Source of the DNA: Pyrobaculum aerophilum str. IM2
GTDB taxonomy: Archaea > Thermoproteota > Thermoprotei > Thermoproteales > Thermoproteaceae
DNA length: 32,000 bases
NCBI RefSeq assembly: GCF_000007225.1
Contig: NC_003364.1
Span: forward strand, 120,001 to 152,000
Reading direction: 5' to 3'
Both the position numbers and the translations under genes were made by a program. This document shows positions 16,786 to 25,166 of the stretch, piece by piece (the stretch's first letter is position 1; every line of letters begins with the position of its first letter). The notes under the pieces are model-generated. The model did no database searches and was not told where the DNA came from. It saw only the letters and a list, made by a program, of their open reading frames with translations.

Positions 16786-17797
16786 AACACTCCATTAAGC
16801 TGTCATACGTGAGGTTGAGCCCCTTCCCCATTAGTTTTACGCAGATTAGGCGTGCTAGTCTCTTGCTGAGGTCTTTTGCTAGCTTATCTACTAACGCTAT
16901 GTGGTAGGGCAGGCCTGGGACAACTCTGTTTCTTAACAACGTGGGTAACACCTCCTCGGCGTACTCCTTGCGAAATGCCTCAACCCTGAATATCGAGCTT
17001 GCGCTGTATATATACCACAGGTAGCGCTCTGGTAGAGGGTGTAATTTACTCTGCCTAAACGTCTGCTTAAATGGCCCGAAGACTACTACGTCTCTGTAAG
17101 ACCTCATGTGCATCCTCCCGAGCTCTGCCACTACCGCCATGTCGTTACACGCAGCGTCTATCCGAATGCCCATCTCCTCGACCCACTCCTTAGCCCTGCA
17201 CAACTTCTTAGACGTCTCTAGGCGTTTCACCACCGCCACTACGCGCTTATCCCACAGCGCCTCCACCCTCCACCAGTCTATTTCTGGAAATCCCCGTATG
17301 CCGTAGTACAAGGGGCCGTCTATTAGCGCAGTTCCCTTCGCCTCTTTAATTAAGGCAATTTCAACGGCCTCTCTTACCACTTTCCCCACTACGTCTTCAG
17401 GCACGTCGCTTTTGAAGAACTTCTCACCGTTTGCGAATCTGTATTTCACAATCGCCACGTCCTCTAGCCTCCTCAGAGCCTCCTCGTCGTCTGACTGCAA
17501 TGCCACGTGCTTTACGTCCCTAAAGCCGGGAATAGTCAAGATGCCCAGCTTAGTGTAGGCGACTCCGACGGCGAGAAATAGGCGAAATGTAGGCGTGGTG
17601 ATAGTCCGGAGAGAGCCATCTACGGCGTAGTCCACTGGGGGCCCATTGGGTGGAAGGTCGTCGTAGTGGAACACGCCAGCCTCGGAGCTGTGGATATCGC
17701 TGAGGTCCTCCTCCTGGATCTGGATCCTAGGACCCAACGGCTTTTTGATTGAGGATAAGTTGTCTATAAGCGCCTCTAGTCTCTTCAAAAACTCCAT
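16775..17797 (-). CDS. nurA: NurA-domain nuclease
   Basis: 340-aa ORF with NurA-like motifs in order: DYAVDGSLR (D60), REAVEIALIKEAKGTALIDGPLYY, VVAVVKRLETSKKL, IFRVEAF and GLPYHIALVDKLAK. It lies immediately upstream of and overlapping herA. A very AT-rich promoter region (17801..17830) lies about 25 nt upstream of the ATG. Confidence 0.75.
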   Translation of the reverse strand: MEFLKRLEALIDNLSSIKKPLGPRIQIQEEDLSDIHSSEAGVFHYDDLPPNGPPVDYAVDGSLRTITTPTFRLFLAVGVAYTKLGILTIPGFRDVKHVALQSDDEEALRRLEDVAIVKYRFANGEKFFKSDVPEDVVGKVVREAVEIALIKEAKGTALIDGPLYYGIRGFPEIDWWRVEALWDKRVVAVVKRLETSKKLCRAKEWVEEMGIRIDAACNDMAVVAELGRMHMRSYRDVVVFGPFKQTFRQSKLHPLPERYLWYIYSASSIFRVEAFRKEYAEEVLPTLLRNRVVPGLPYHIALVDKLAKDLSKRLARLICVKLMGKGLNLTYDSLMECYAR

Positions 17798-18505
17798 ATC
17801 AAAATTTTAATAAAAAGGTATAATTATTAAAGCTATTCCCAGAGTTGTCACAGTGAGGTAACGGCGACGTGGGCGGACAGAGTTTGAGGGCGACCGCCTA
17901 AATCGCCTTACTTAAGTCCAAAGGCCCTGGCGACAAGGCAAGTTTTGACAATAGGGCTCCACTATAGCGTTAACAATATGGAGCAGACAAAGCCAGTTGC
18001 AAGCGATATCGCATAATCTGCGCACTACCTGTGACAACCGCTTATGGACAAACCTTCCAAATATGCTTAGGGGATTTACGAGAGCGTTAGCGATAAAGCT
18101 TGAGGAAACCTCCTGATGCATCTAAACCTCATGGAGCTCGGCGGCTTTTACACATGGAATGCGCTGAGGGAGGTTGCAGAACGAGCTTACAAGCTGTCTC
18201 AACAACTTTGTAAAAAACCGGCACTATGCACAACCCCCTCTCGCAACTCGGGTTTATGACGTCTTGTACCACTGCGCATAGAGCCCCCGCAAGCTCTACC
18301 TAGAGCTGGCTAAGCCGTACATCCCATGACAATATTAACAAGGCTTGTATAAATGATATGAGCCGTTCAGACTGCTGTCGTCCGCCGGCCCACGTGGATG
18401 TACGTCGCCTGCAAGGATCGCGGAACGCAATGTCGCAGAAGCAATGAGACAAGGCGCCCACGCAAGTCTCATTTACGCCTAGCAGAGCCCGTCTTTGTTA
18501 AACGG

Positions 18506-19144
18506 CTATGGCAGGCCTAACACGGCCTTTAGGGCTTTTCTCCTCTCCAGAATCTCTTTGTCGCTTGGCAGTAGCGGATTTCTCGTCTCTGTGCAGTAGT
18601 CGACTATCCACTTGGCGACGTAGCATGTCTCCACTAAGCCCAGCCTCTGGGGCTTAAACGCCTTCAGCAACTCCCTCTCCACGTCGGCTATTTTCACAGA
18701 GAAGTAGGCCGTCGGTAGCTTGAGCTTTTCCACCACCTCCCCAACCACTTCGCTGTAGGCCTCCACGTCCGCGTCGTCTATCCCACTTTCAAAGACGTGT
18801 ACGAGGACAGCCACGTCGAAGCCGTAGAGGTAGTACCTAAGCGGCTGGCCAAACTCGCGGTACGCCCTCCTCCAACGTTTTCTCCCAGCTGTTTTGAAGT
18901 ACTTCAGCTCCATAGCGGCTAGGACATGATTGTGGGAGTCTTTCACAACTAACACGAGATCCGGCTTGGCCACGAAAGCCGGGATGCGAGAGCCAAGGCG
19001 CTTGGCGAGCGCCTCCATACGCTCTTTGGATATTGCGCCTTCCAAGAACACCTCGCCAAGCCGTGGGTCGCAAGCCTTTAGGGTTTTGGCAAGCCACCTA
19101 GCAACTGCGCGCTCATTTGCAAACATACCACATACTGTTCGCAT
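18506..19144 (-). CDS. Hypothetical protein with a PD-(D/E)xK nuclease signature
   Basis: 212-aa ORF with P61-D62...E79-L80-K81 (AKPDLVLVVKDSHNHVLAAMELKYFK). A TATA-like CTTTTTAAAA abuts the track ATG at 19144. The internal ATG at 19126 (MFANERAV...) is about 25 nt from it and is the more likely start. Confidence 0.55.
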   Translation of the reverse strand: MRTVCGMFANERAVARWLAKTLKACDPRLGEVFLEGAISKERMEALAKRLGSRIPAFVAKPDLVLVVKDSHNHVLAAMELKYFKTAGRKRWRRAYREFGQPLRYYLYGFDVAVLVHVFESGIDDADVEAYSEVVGEVVEKLKLPTAYFSVKIADVERELLKAFKPQRLGLVETCYVAKWIVDYCTETRNPLLPSDKEILERRKALKAVLGLP

Positions 19145-19455
19145 TTTAAAAAGCTTGACGGCCTAGGGAGGCACGCCGGGATTTTTAACCCTACGCCGAC
19201 GTATATAGCTTGACCGGGAGGAGCTAAACCACCTCGATGGCGTCTAGAACCCTTTCCCCTTATACCCCTCTGCGTTTGGCCCATCGCCCCCACAGCGCTC
19301 CTACTGACGCCGTGAGTGCGGAGTCCCCAGCTTGTGCTCACAAGCGCCGCTTTTTAGCTTAACCCTAATCCTCAAAATCTTGGCGAGGACGTAGAGCCGC
19401 GTGTGGGTGCTACAACGCCCTATTTAAAAAAGGAACAGGTTCGTGGAGAACTACT

Positions 19456-19492
19456 CGCCTGATGTTTAAACGTCTAGTGAAAAGGACTTTAT
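19456..19492. repeat. Right copy of the 37-nt imperfect direct repeat (putative att site), overlapping the purE stop codon
   Basis: See the left copy at 6862..6898; 32 of 37 positions are identical. This copy covers the last 8 codons and the TAA of the intact purE. Confidence 0.75.
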
Positions 19493-19954
19493 GAAGGACT
19501 TGGACAGTACCTCTTCTCTCATCTTTTCCATGTGTTCTTTAACCTTCTGCCTCACCTCTGGGTATTTTATGCCCAGTATCCTGGCGGCGAGATAGGCGGC
19601 GTTGGCGGCGTTGCCTATGGCCACTGTGGCGACGGGAGTGCCCCGGGGCATTTGTACAATTGACAACAGGGAGTCCAGCCCGCCTAAGTGTTTTGTGGGG
19701 ATGGGGACCCCTATGACCGGCAGCGGCGTTAGGGAGGCGGTCATGCCGGGGAGGTGGGCCGCCCCGCCGGCGCCGGCTATTATCACGTCGAATTTCCCCT
19801 CGGCCTCCTTGGCGAATTGGTACATGAAATCCGGCGTCCTGTGGGCGCTGACGACCCGCGCCTCGTAGGGAATGCCCAGCTGCTCCAAGACCTCAAGCGC
19901 CTCTTTCATGACCTCAAGGTCGTTTATCGACCCCATTATAACCGCAACCTTCAT
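19466..19954 (-). CDS. purE: N5-carboxyaminoimidazole ribonucleotide mutase PurE
   Basis: [19 protein letters not shown]...VVSAHRTPD...[17 protein letters not shown]...PVIGVP are PurE hallmarks. A TATA-like TTTATAAA (about 19973..19980) lies about 23 nt upstream of ATG 19954. The track's 20005 start would add 17 non-conserved residues and lies upstream of the TATA. Confidence 0.93.
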   Translation of the reverse strand: MKVAVIMGSINDLEVMKEALEVLEQLGIPYEARVVSAHRTPDFMYQFAKEAEGKFDVIIAGAGGAAHLPGMTASLTPLPVIGVPIPTKHLGGLDSLLSIVQMPRGTPVATVAIGNAANAAYLAARILGIKYPEVRQKVKEHMEKMREEVLSKSFIKSFSLDV

Positions 19955-20025
19955 GTATAATTTTATGCCACGGTTTATAAAGGTGCGGCGCGTTGAAAAT
20001 ATCACTTGCTACGGCGCGTGGCGCC

Positions 20026-20457
20026 TCAGCGGCGGCTGTAGATCTCCATGAGCTTTTTGTGGGCCTTTGCCAAGACCTCTTTTGTGCTCTTGTACGTGGC
20101 TCTGGCCATTGCCTGTTCAAACGGCAGCCACGCATAGCCGACGTGTTCCCAGCTGAGCTTCACGTCTCTTGACTTGGCCTGGGCCAGGAAGTAAATCACC
20201 TTTTTCAACACCCTCCTCCCGCCGCGGGTGTATACATACTCCACCTCCACCTTAAAGCCGGGGAGCAACTCGGCGTCCAGGCCCGTCTCTTCTTTTATCT
20301 CCCTCAGCGCCGCTTGCTCCGGCGTCTCTCCCAGCTCCACGTTCCCCTTGGGGAAATCCCAGTGGCCGGCGGGATAGTGCAAAAGGAGGTATCCCACCCT
20401 CTCCCCGGGGTAGAACACCACAGCCCCGGCGGAAATTTCGTCGTATTTCTTCGCCAC
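20026..20457 (-). CDS. Nudix hydrolase
   Basis: 143-aa ORF with a complete Nudix box: GHWDFPKGNVELGETPEQAALREIKEETGL (GX5EX7REUXEEXGU). Confidence 0.88.
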   Translation of the reverse strand: MAKKYDEISAGAVVFYPGERVGYLLLHYPAGHWDFPKGNVELGETPEQAALREIKEETGLDAELLPGFKVEVEYVYTRGGRRVLKKVIYFLAQAKSRDVKLSWEHVGYAWLPFEQAMARATYKSTKEVLAKAHKKLMEIYSRR

Positions 20458-20550
20458 GGAGCTTCCAACTTCTAAATTTTAAGCATTACGAGGGGCTATT
20501 ACGGGCCAGGCGCTTCTCTGTATACAGTAGGTGTATATATTTGTGGAGAT

Positions 20551-20814
20551 TTGAGAGCTTGGGAAGCTCCTCTTTCGTTGTCCGACGTGCGGGGCGGAGT
20601 TCGAGAAGGGGGAGTGCCCAATGGGCACAAGGGTCCGTATTACAGACGGCTAGCGATAGGGGATTGCGAGATTAGGAATTTAGAGGCCTTTTCAGTGCTC
20701 ACGACTCCGCTTCAAAAAATGGTGCTAACGGCTATTGAGGCAGGTGAGGGCCCGGCCTATTTATACCCCATTTTTCTAAGGCTTAGGGACTACGGCGTGT
20801 TGATATGCAGTTAG
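20551..20814 (+). CDS. Hypothetical protein (start uncertain)
   Basis: TTG-start ORF and the first of three tightly packed plus-strand ORFs. A TATATATTT box at 20535..20543 is too close to 20551, so the real start may be downstream (for example GTG 20587). No recognisable motif. Confidence 0.35.
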   Translation: MRAWEAPLSLSDVRGGVREGGVPNGHKGPYYRRLAIGDCEIRNLEAFSVLTTPLQKMVLTAIEAGEGPAYLYPIFLRLRDYGVLICS

Positions 20815-21371
20815 AGAAAATAAGGGAGTTATTTGGAGGCAAGGCCGAGGTGGAGAAGGCATATGGCTGGAATATATGGCTAGCGCATAAATGGGCGGAG
20901 AGAATGAGGAGTAGGGGCCTCTGGGGCTTGCGACTAGAGAAGAGGCCTCAGAGCCCTCCGCCCAGGCCTGTAAACCCCTACGTGGCGGAGCACGTCGAGT
21001 TTCTTGAAAATTTCGACGGGGCGGTAAAGGCTGAGGCCGAGGGCTCCGCTGACAGAAATTTACTGGAGCTTTTGTACGCAACGTGGCAATTACAGAGCTG
21101 GCGGCTGGCCGTGTTGACCTTTTTAGTAGAGGATCTGGACAAGAGGCTGGTCGCCTTGGAGCCGTTGCCAGGCGACGGGATCTCTGGCTACCACTTGACA
21201 GAGGAGGGGTTCAGATATATGGGGTACGGCCCCGACGTAGAGCTCGCCTCTAAAGTCGCGCCCGACGCGAGGTTGTACAAGGCGCTATCGGCGTGTGAGA
21301 TGAGGGAGGGGGTTGACGTCTTGTTATTAATAGACAAAGCCATGTGGTTTCACGACGTGGCTAGGGAATAG
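20805..21371 (+). CDS. Hypothetical protein
   Basis: 188-aa ORF that overlaps the upstream ORF by 10 nt and is followed 2 nt later by the next ORF. The sequence is protein-like and helical, with no motif I can name. Confidence 0.5.
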   Translation: MQLEKIRELFGGKAEVEKAYGWNIWLAHKWAERMRSRGLWGLRLEKRPQSPPPRPVNPYVAEHVEFLENFDGAVKAEAEGSADRNLLELLYATWQLQSWRLAVLTFLVEDLDKRLVALEPLPGDGISGYHLTEEGFRYMGYGPDVELASKVAPDARLYKALSACEMREGVDVLLLIDKAMWFHDVARE

Positions 21372-21373
21372 AG

Positions 21374-21631
21374 GTGTTTAGGGAAATTGCTAAAGCCAGG
21401 GGGCTGGCGCTTGTGGCAGAGCCCGACCCGAAAAAGGCGACTGCCTACGTGGCGGCGTTGAGGTTAATAGGAGCCGTGCATTTAATACAAAAAGAACATT
21501 TATACACCTACCTCGCCTCCGCCGGCCTCGTCCAAGTGGGGAAAGAGGTGGACGTTGCCCCCTACACTATATCCCTCTGGAGAGAGCCTCAAAAAATTAA
21601 GCTAAGCCCTGGGGACACATGGATGGAGTGA
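21374..21631 (+). CDS. Hypothetical protein
   Basis: 85-aa GTG-start ORF and the third member of the compact three-ORF unit. No recognisable motif. Confidence 0.4.
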   Translation: MFREIAKARGLALVAEPDPKKATAYVAALRLIGAVHLIQKEHLYTYLASAGLVQVGKEVDVAPYTISLWREPQKIKLSPGDTWME

Positions 21632-21636
21632 GAATT

Positions 21637-22059
21637 TCAAGAGGACGGCGGCATCACAAGTATGGCAAACGGGAAGCGAATTCCACTATCTGTAACCACC
21701 TCGCCGGAGAGCACAGATCCCGGCAATGCATTTATATGGGCGCAAATACCCACTAGTTTCAACGTAGCGTTTGGGGGCAGTGTGGTTTTGGCAAATTCGC
21801 AGGGCTGGCCTCCAGCTGTAACTTTGGCAATAACCGCCGGGACTTTTCCAATATTTGTCAAGTTTATCACAAGCTCCTTATTTTTATTGTCAAAAAACGC
21901 GCTTAAAATTAACATCCTCGTCCCGTTTGCAATTTCCCACGGAGTCGTCATGTTGTAAATAACGGTTTCACCCGGCGCGTTCAACATATAGAGCCAGAAA
22001 ACGAGTAGTACCAAAGCCACGACCGCAACAGCGGAAGCCCACACGTAGTTGATTTTCAC
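21637..22059 (-). CDS. Hypothetical membrane-anchored, probably N-glycosylated extracellular protein
   Basis: An N-terminal transmembrane anchor (WASAVAVVALVLLVFWLYML) is followed by a beta-rich domain with four N-x-S/T sequons (NMT, NGT, NLT, NAT). Confidence 0.55.
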   Translation of the reverse strand: MKINYVWASAVAVVALVLLVFWLYMLNAPGETVIYNMTTPWEIANGTRMLILSAFFDNKNKELVINLTNIGKVPAVIAKVTAGGQPCEFAKTTLPPNATLKLVGICAHINALPGSVLSGEVVTDSGIRFPFAILVMPPSS

Positions 22060-22111
22060 AAACTAAACGCCCCACGTGTTTTTAAATAGTACGCCGGCGA
22101 GGAAGGCGGGT

Positions 22112-23281
22112 TTAGGGAGTCTGTGTTTTTAAAAGCTCTGCCGCCTTTAAAATATGCGCCATTATTTCCTCCGGAGAGGGCTCTACGTCTTGTAAGACTC
22201 CTCGCATATACTCGTCATATGCGATCAAGTCTAAGAGGCCGTGGCCAGACATGTTGAAGAGTATTGTAACCTCTCTGCCCTCCCGCTTGGCTTGAAGCGC
22301 TAGATCCACAGCGGCTTTCACCGCGTGGGCGGACTCGGGGGCCGGGACGACGCCCTCAGTAGCCGCGAATAGTCTCGCCGCCTCGAAGACCTCCGTCTGT
22401 TTATATGCAACGGCGCCTACTTCCCCCTCAGCCACTAACAGCGAGAGAGCTGGGGCGCAGCCGTGATAGCGTAAGCCTCCGGCGTGTATAGGCGGAGGCT
22501 TGTAGCCGTGGCCGACGGTATACATTTTTATCAACGGCGTGAGGCCCGCGGTGTCGCCGAGGTCGTACGTATACTTGCCGCGGGTGAGGGTGGGGACGGC
22601 GGCCGGCTCCACGGCAATGAACTTCACCTCTTTTTCAGCCCTGCCGGACTTCTTCTCGTAGTAAAACGGCCAGAAGAGGCCGCTGAAAGAGCTACCGCCT
22701 CCGCAAGCCCCCACTACGTAGTCCGGGTAGTCGTTAAAATACCGAATTTGTTCCAATGCCTCCAGCCCGATGACAGTCTGGTGGATTAAGACGTGGTTTA
22801 GCACAGAGCCCAAGACGTATTTTGCCCCGCTCCTCACGGCGTCTTCCACGGCCTCAGAAATCGCAATGCCCAGAGAACCCGGGTGGTTGGGATCCTCCGC
22901 GAGGAATTTGCGCCCCGCCTCAGTTCTGTAGCTGGGGCTCGGCACGACTTCCGCGCCCCACAACTCCATTAACACCCGGCGGTACGGCTTTTGTAAATAG
23001 GAGGCCCTTACCATATACACAGTCGCCTTGACGCCGAATAGAGAGGCGGCAAAGGCCACTGAGGAGCCCCACTGGCCTGCCCCCGTCTCAGTGGTGACTC
23101 TGTCGACTCCCTCCCTGGAGATGTAGTAGAGTTGTGCCACAGCGGTGTTGGGCTTATGGCTACCGGGCGGGGACACCCCCTCGAATTTGTAGTAAATCCT
23201 AGCGGGGGTTTTCAAAGCCGCCTCAAGCCTCTTGGCCCGGATGAGAGGCGTCGGGCGCCATATGAGGTACACCTCTCTCAC
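22112..23281 (-). CDS. TrpB2-like PLP-dependent enzyme (tryptophan synthase beta-like), main body downstream of an in-frame TAG
   Basis: [12 protein letters not shown]..., the PLP-lysine motif [19 protein letters not shown] and GGGSSFSG are TrpB/TrpB2 hallmarks. The track start (GTG 23281) is an artefact of the TAG at 23300..23302. The conserved N-terminus continues upstream. Confidence 0.85.
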   Translation of the reverse strand: MREVYLIWRPTPLIRAKRLEAALKTPARIYYKFEGVSPPGSHKPNTAVAQLYYISREGVDRVTTETGAGQWGSSVAFAASLFGVKATVYMVRASYLQKPYRRVLMELWGAEVVPSPSYRTEAGRKFLAEDPNHPGSLGIAISEAVEDAVRSGAKYVLGSVLNHVLIHQTVIGLEALEQIRYFNDYPDYVVGACGGGSSFSGLFWPFYYEKKSGRAEKEVKFIAVEPAAVPTLTRGKYTYDLGDTAGLTPLIKMYTVGHGYKPPPIHAGGLRYHGCAPALSLLVAEGEVGAVAYKQTEVFEAARLFAATEGVVPAPESAHAVKAAVDLALQAKREGREVTILFNMSGHGLLDLIAYDEYMRGVLQDVEPSPEEIMAHILKAAELLKTQTP

Positions 23282-23299
23282 CTCTGGGGGTATGTCTAT

Positions 23300-23479
23300 C
23301 TACCTCTCGCCGCTGAACTCCTGCCTCACCGGCTCTTTAGCAAACAACACTTCGAAATCCCTCGGCCCCACAGGCTCGCCGTTTGGCTTGAGATATGGCT
23401 GTAGCGGCTTGGGGAGGTCGGGGACGATGTTGTACCACCGCCGGGGCACCATCAACTCGTATTGGGGAGCCCGGGACAT
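23300..23479 (-). pseudogene. 5' segment of the TrpB2-like gene, separated from the body by an in-frame TAG
   Basis: My translation from ATG 23479..23477 gives MSRAPQYELMVPRRWYNIVPDLPKPLQPYLKPNGEPVGPRDFEVLFAKEPVRQEFSGER*. It then continues in the same frame as [24 protein letters not shown]-like TTATAATATA (about 23497..23506) lies about 22 nt upstream of this ATG. Confidence 0.7.
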
Positions 23480-23520
23480 GGAGAGGGAAAACGGCTATAT
23501 TATAACCATTACTCCACCGC

Positions 23521-24135
23521 GTGTTTGAGAGCAAGAAAGAGCTTGAGCTCTTCGTTGAGAAACTGCCGGTTTTTAAGAGGCCAAAGTTGAGGCTTGAGCA
23601 ATACCCCACCGACGCCCCCTTAGTGGCGGCGGCGGTGTGGGACGCGTATATGAGGGGCTTGCTGACAGAGGTCTTAGACTTGGGCTGCGGCACTGGGCGC
23701 TTTTCTCTGGCGGCCGCCGCCATGGGGGCCCGCCGCGTGTTGTGTATAGATATTGACCCAGAGGCTATACAAATTGCCAAAGAGGCCGCGGAGGACCTGG
23801 GCCTCGGCGCTGTGGATTTCCTCGTCGCCGACGCCACGAGGCTTTGGCTGGGCAGGAGTTTCGCTGTGGTTTTTCAAAACCCCCCATTTGGGATCTGGTC
23901 GGGGAGGGGATCGGACATAGCCTTTCTCCAAACCGCGTTGAGACACGGAGAGGTGGTTTACACAATTCACAAACTCCCAACGTTAAACTACGTCTCGGCC
24001 AAGGCTGAGGAGCTCGGGGGCGTTCTTAAAGTGTTGGAAAGGGCTGTTATTACGATTAAGCCAATGTACCGCCACCACCGCAAGAGACTTCACAAAGTGG
24101 AGGTTTTCCTCGCAGTGGTGCGCCGAAAAGCTTAA
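23521..24135 (+). CDS. Small class-I SAM-dependent methyltransferase with an NPPF motif (COG2263 / METTL5-like putative RNA m6A methyltransferase)
   Basis: Motif I is VLDLGCGTGRFSLAAAAMGA, followed by the acidic loop CIDIDPEA. Motif IV is FQNPPFG. The ~200-aa size is typical of the archaeal COG2263 family. GTG start. Confidence 0.75.
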   Translation: MFESKKELELFVEKLPVFKRPKLRLEQYPTDAPLVAAAVWDAYMRGLLTEVLDLGCGTGRFSLAAAAMGARRVLCIDIDPEAIQIAKEAAEDLGLGAVDFLVADATRLWLGRSFAVVFQNPPFGIWSGRGSDIAFLQTALRHGEVVYTIHKLPTLNYVSAKAEELGGVLKVLERAVITIKPMYRHHRKRLHKVEVFLAVVRRKA

Positions 24136-24152
24136 AAACTAGGCAGGAGGTC

Positions 24153-25166
24153 TTGCCCATGGCTTATATACCCGTGCAAGTGCGCGCGCCGAGGGTGTCC
24201 AGAAGGGCCACGGCTATTTTCGTCGCGATAGTACTGGCGTTTTTAATTGCCGCCGTGGTGGCGGCGCTGTCAGTCTTCTCCCTCCCCGCGGGCATTGTCG
24301 CGGTGGTGGTGGACCCGGTCTCTGGCACTATCAGCAAGCCCGTGGTAGGCCCGGCAGTTGGCTTTAAGGCGCCGTGGGCCTACTTAATAGAGGACACTTA
24401 TGCCATTGAGGTAATTGAGTTCGTGCAGAGGGAGAGGGCCTCGGGCCGCTGGACTTTCTCAGCCCCCGAGGTCTTGACTAAAGACGGAGTGATCGTTACA
24501 GTGGAGATGGTAGTGAGGTATAGAATTGTGCCGGAGAAATTCGACGAGCTTGTGAGGAAATTCCCCCAGGTGGATTACGACGATAAAGTGTTAGTGCCCA
24601 AGGCGCGCCAGCTCATCCGCGACATAATTTCAAAGGTGACTCTGGACTACTTAATAGCGAATAGAGATCTCATCGCGAGGCAAATAGAAGAGCAGTATCG
24701 GTCCTCCATTGAGAACGACCCCACTCTCTCGGGGCTTGTGGTTGTTTTAGACGTCAACGTGTTGAACTTCATCTTGCCGCAACAAGTCACAGACGCCATT
24801 AATAGAAAAGTGGCGGCTCAACAAGACGCCATAAGGGCCCAGTTCGAGAGGCAGAGGGTGGAGGAGCTGGCCAGGGCTAACTACACGCGGATAGTTCTGG
24901 CGGCAATGGCTGAGGCAAACGCCACAGTCACAAGGGCCATGGCCCAGGCGAGGCAGATAGCGCTGCTTGCAAACGCCACTAAAACCGCCATTGAGATGAT
25001 AATTAAAGCAGCGGGGGCCAACGCCACCGAGGCGGCCCGGCTGGCGGAGCTGTACATATACCTCTCGGGGCTTAGAGATGTCGCGCAGTCGGGCAACGTC
25101 CAAATAGTTGCGCTGACCGGCGGCGGAGGCCAAATAGTGCCAGTAATTCCCCTAGCCGCGAGATGA
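24153..25166 (+). CDS. SPFH/band-7 (prohibitin/stomatin-like) membrane protein
   Basis: An N-terminal TM helix (AIFVAIVLAFLIAAVVAAL) is followed by an SPFH core (VLTKDGVIVTVEMVVRYRIVPEKFDELVRKF) and a long Ala/Gln-rich coiled coil. The track start is TTG 24153; ATG 24159 (MAYIPV) is the likely start. Confidence 0.8.
   Translation: MPMAYIPVQVRAPRVSRRATAIFVAIVLAFLIAAVVAALSVFSLPAGIVAVVVDPVSGTISKPVVGPAVGFKAPWAYLIEDTYAIEVIEFVQRERASGRWTFSAPEVLTKDGVIVTVEMVVRYRIVPEKFDELVRKFPQVDYDDKVLVPKARQLIRDIISKVTLDYLIANRDLIARQIEEQYRSSIENDPTLSGLVVVLDVNVLNFILPQQVTDAINRKVAAQQDAIRAQFERQRVEELARANYTRIVLAAMAEANATVTRAMAQARQIALLANATKTAIEMIIKAAGANATEAARLAELYIYLSGLRDVAQSGNVQIVALTGGGGQIVPVIPLAAR

Noticed and set aside
19330-19355. 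Hairpin (gcttgtg-ct-cacaagc) followed by T5 on the plus strand, terminator-like
   Set aside because: A 2-nt loop is sterically poor, and no plus-strand gene ends upstream of it. Archaeal termination needs only T-tracts. This is probably coincidental.
23337-23837. 166-aa minus-strand ORF spanning the trpB2 5' region and the start of the NPPF methyltransferase gene
   Set aside because: It is in a different frame from the recognisable TrpB2 N-terminus, is antisense to a well-supported methyltransferase, and is Ala/Ser/Arg-rich and low in complexity.
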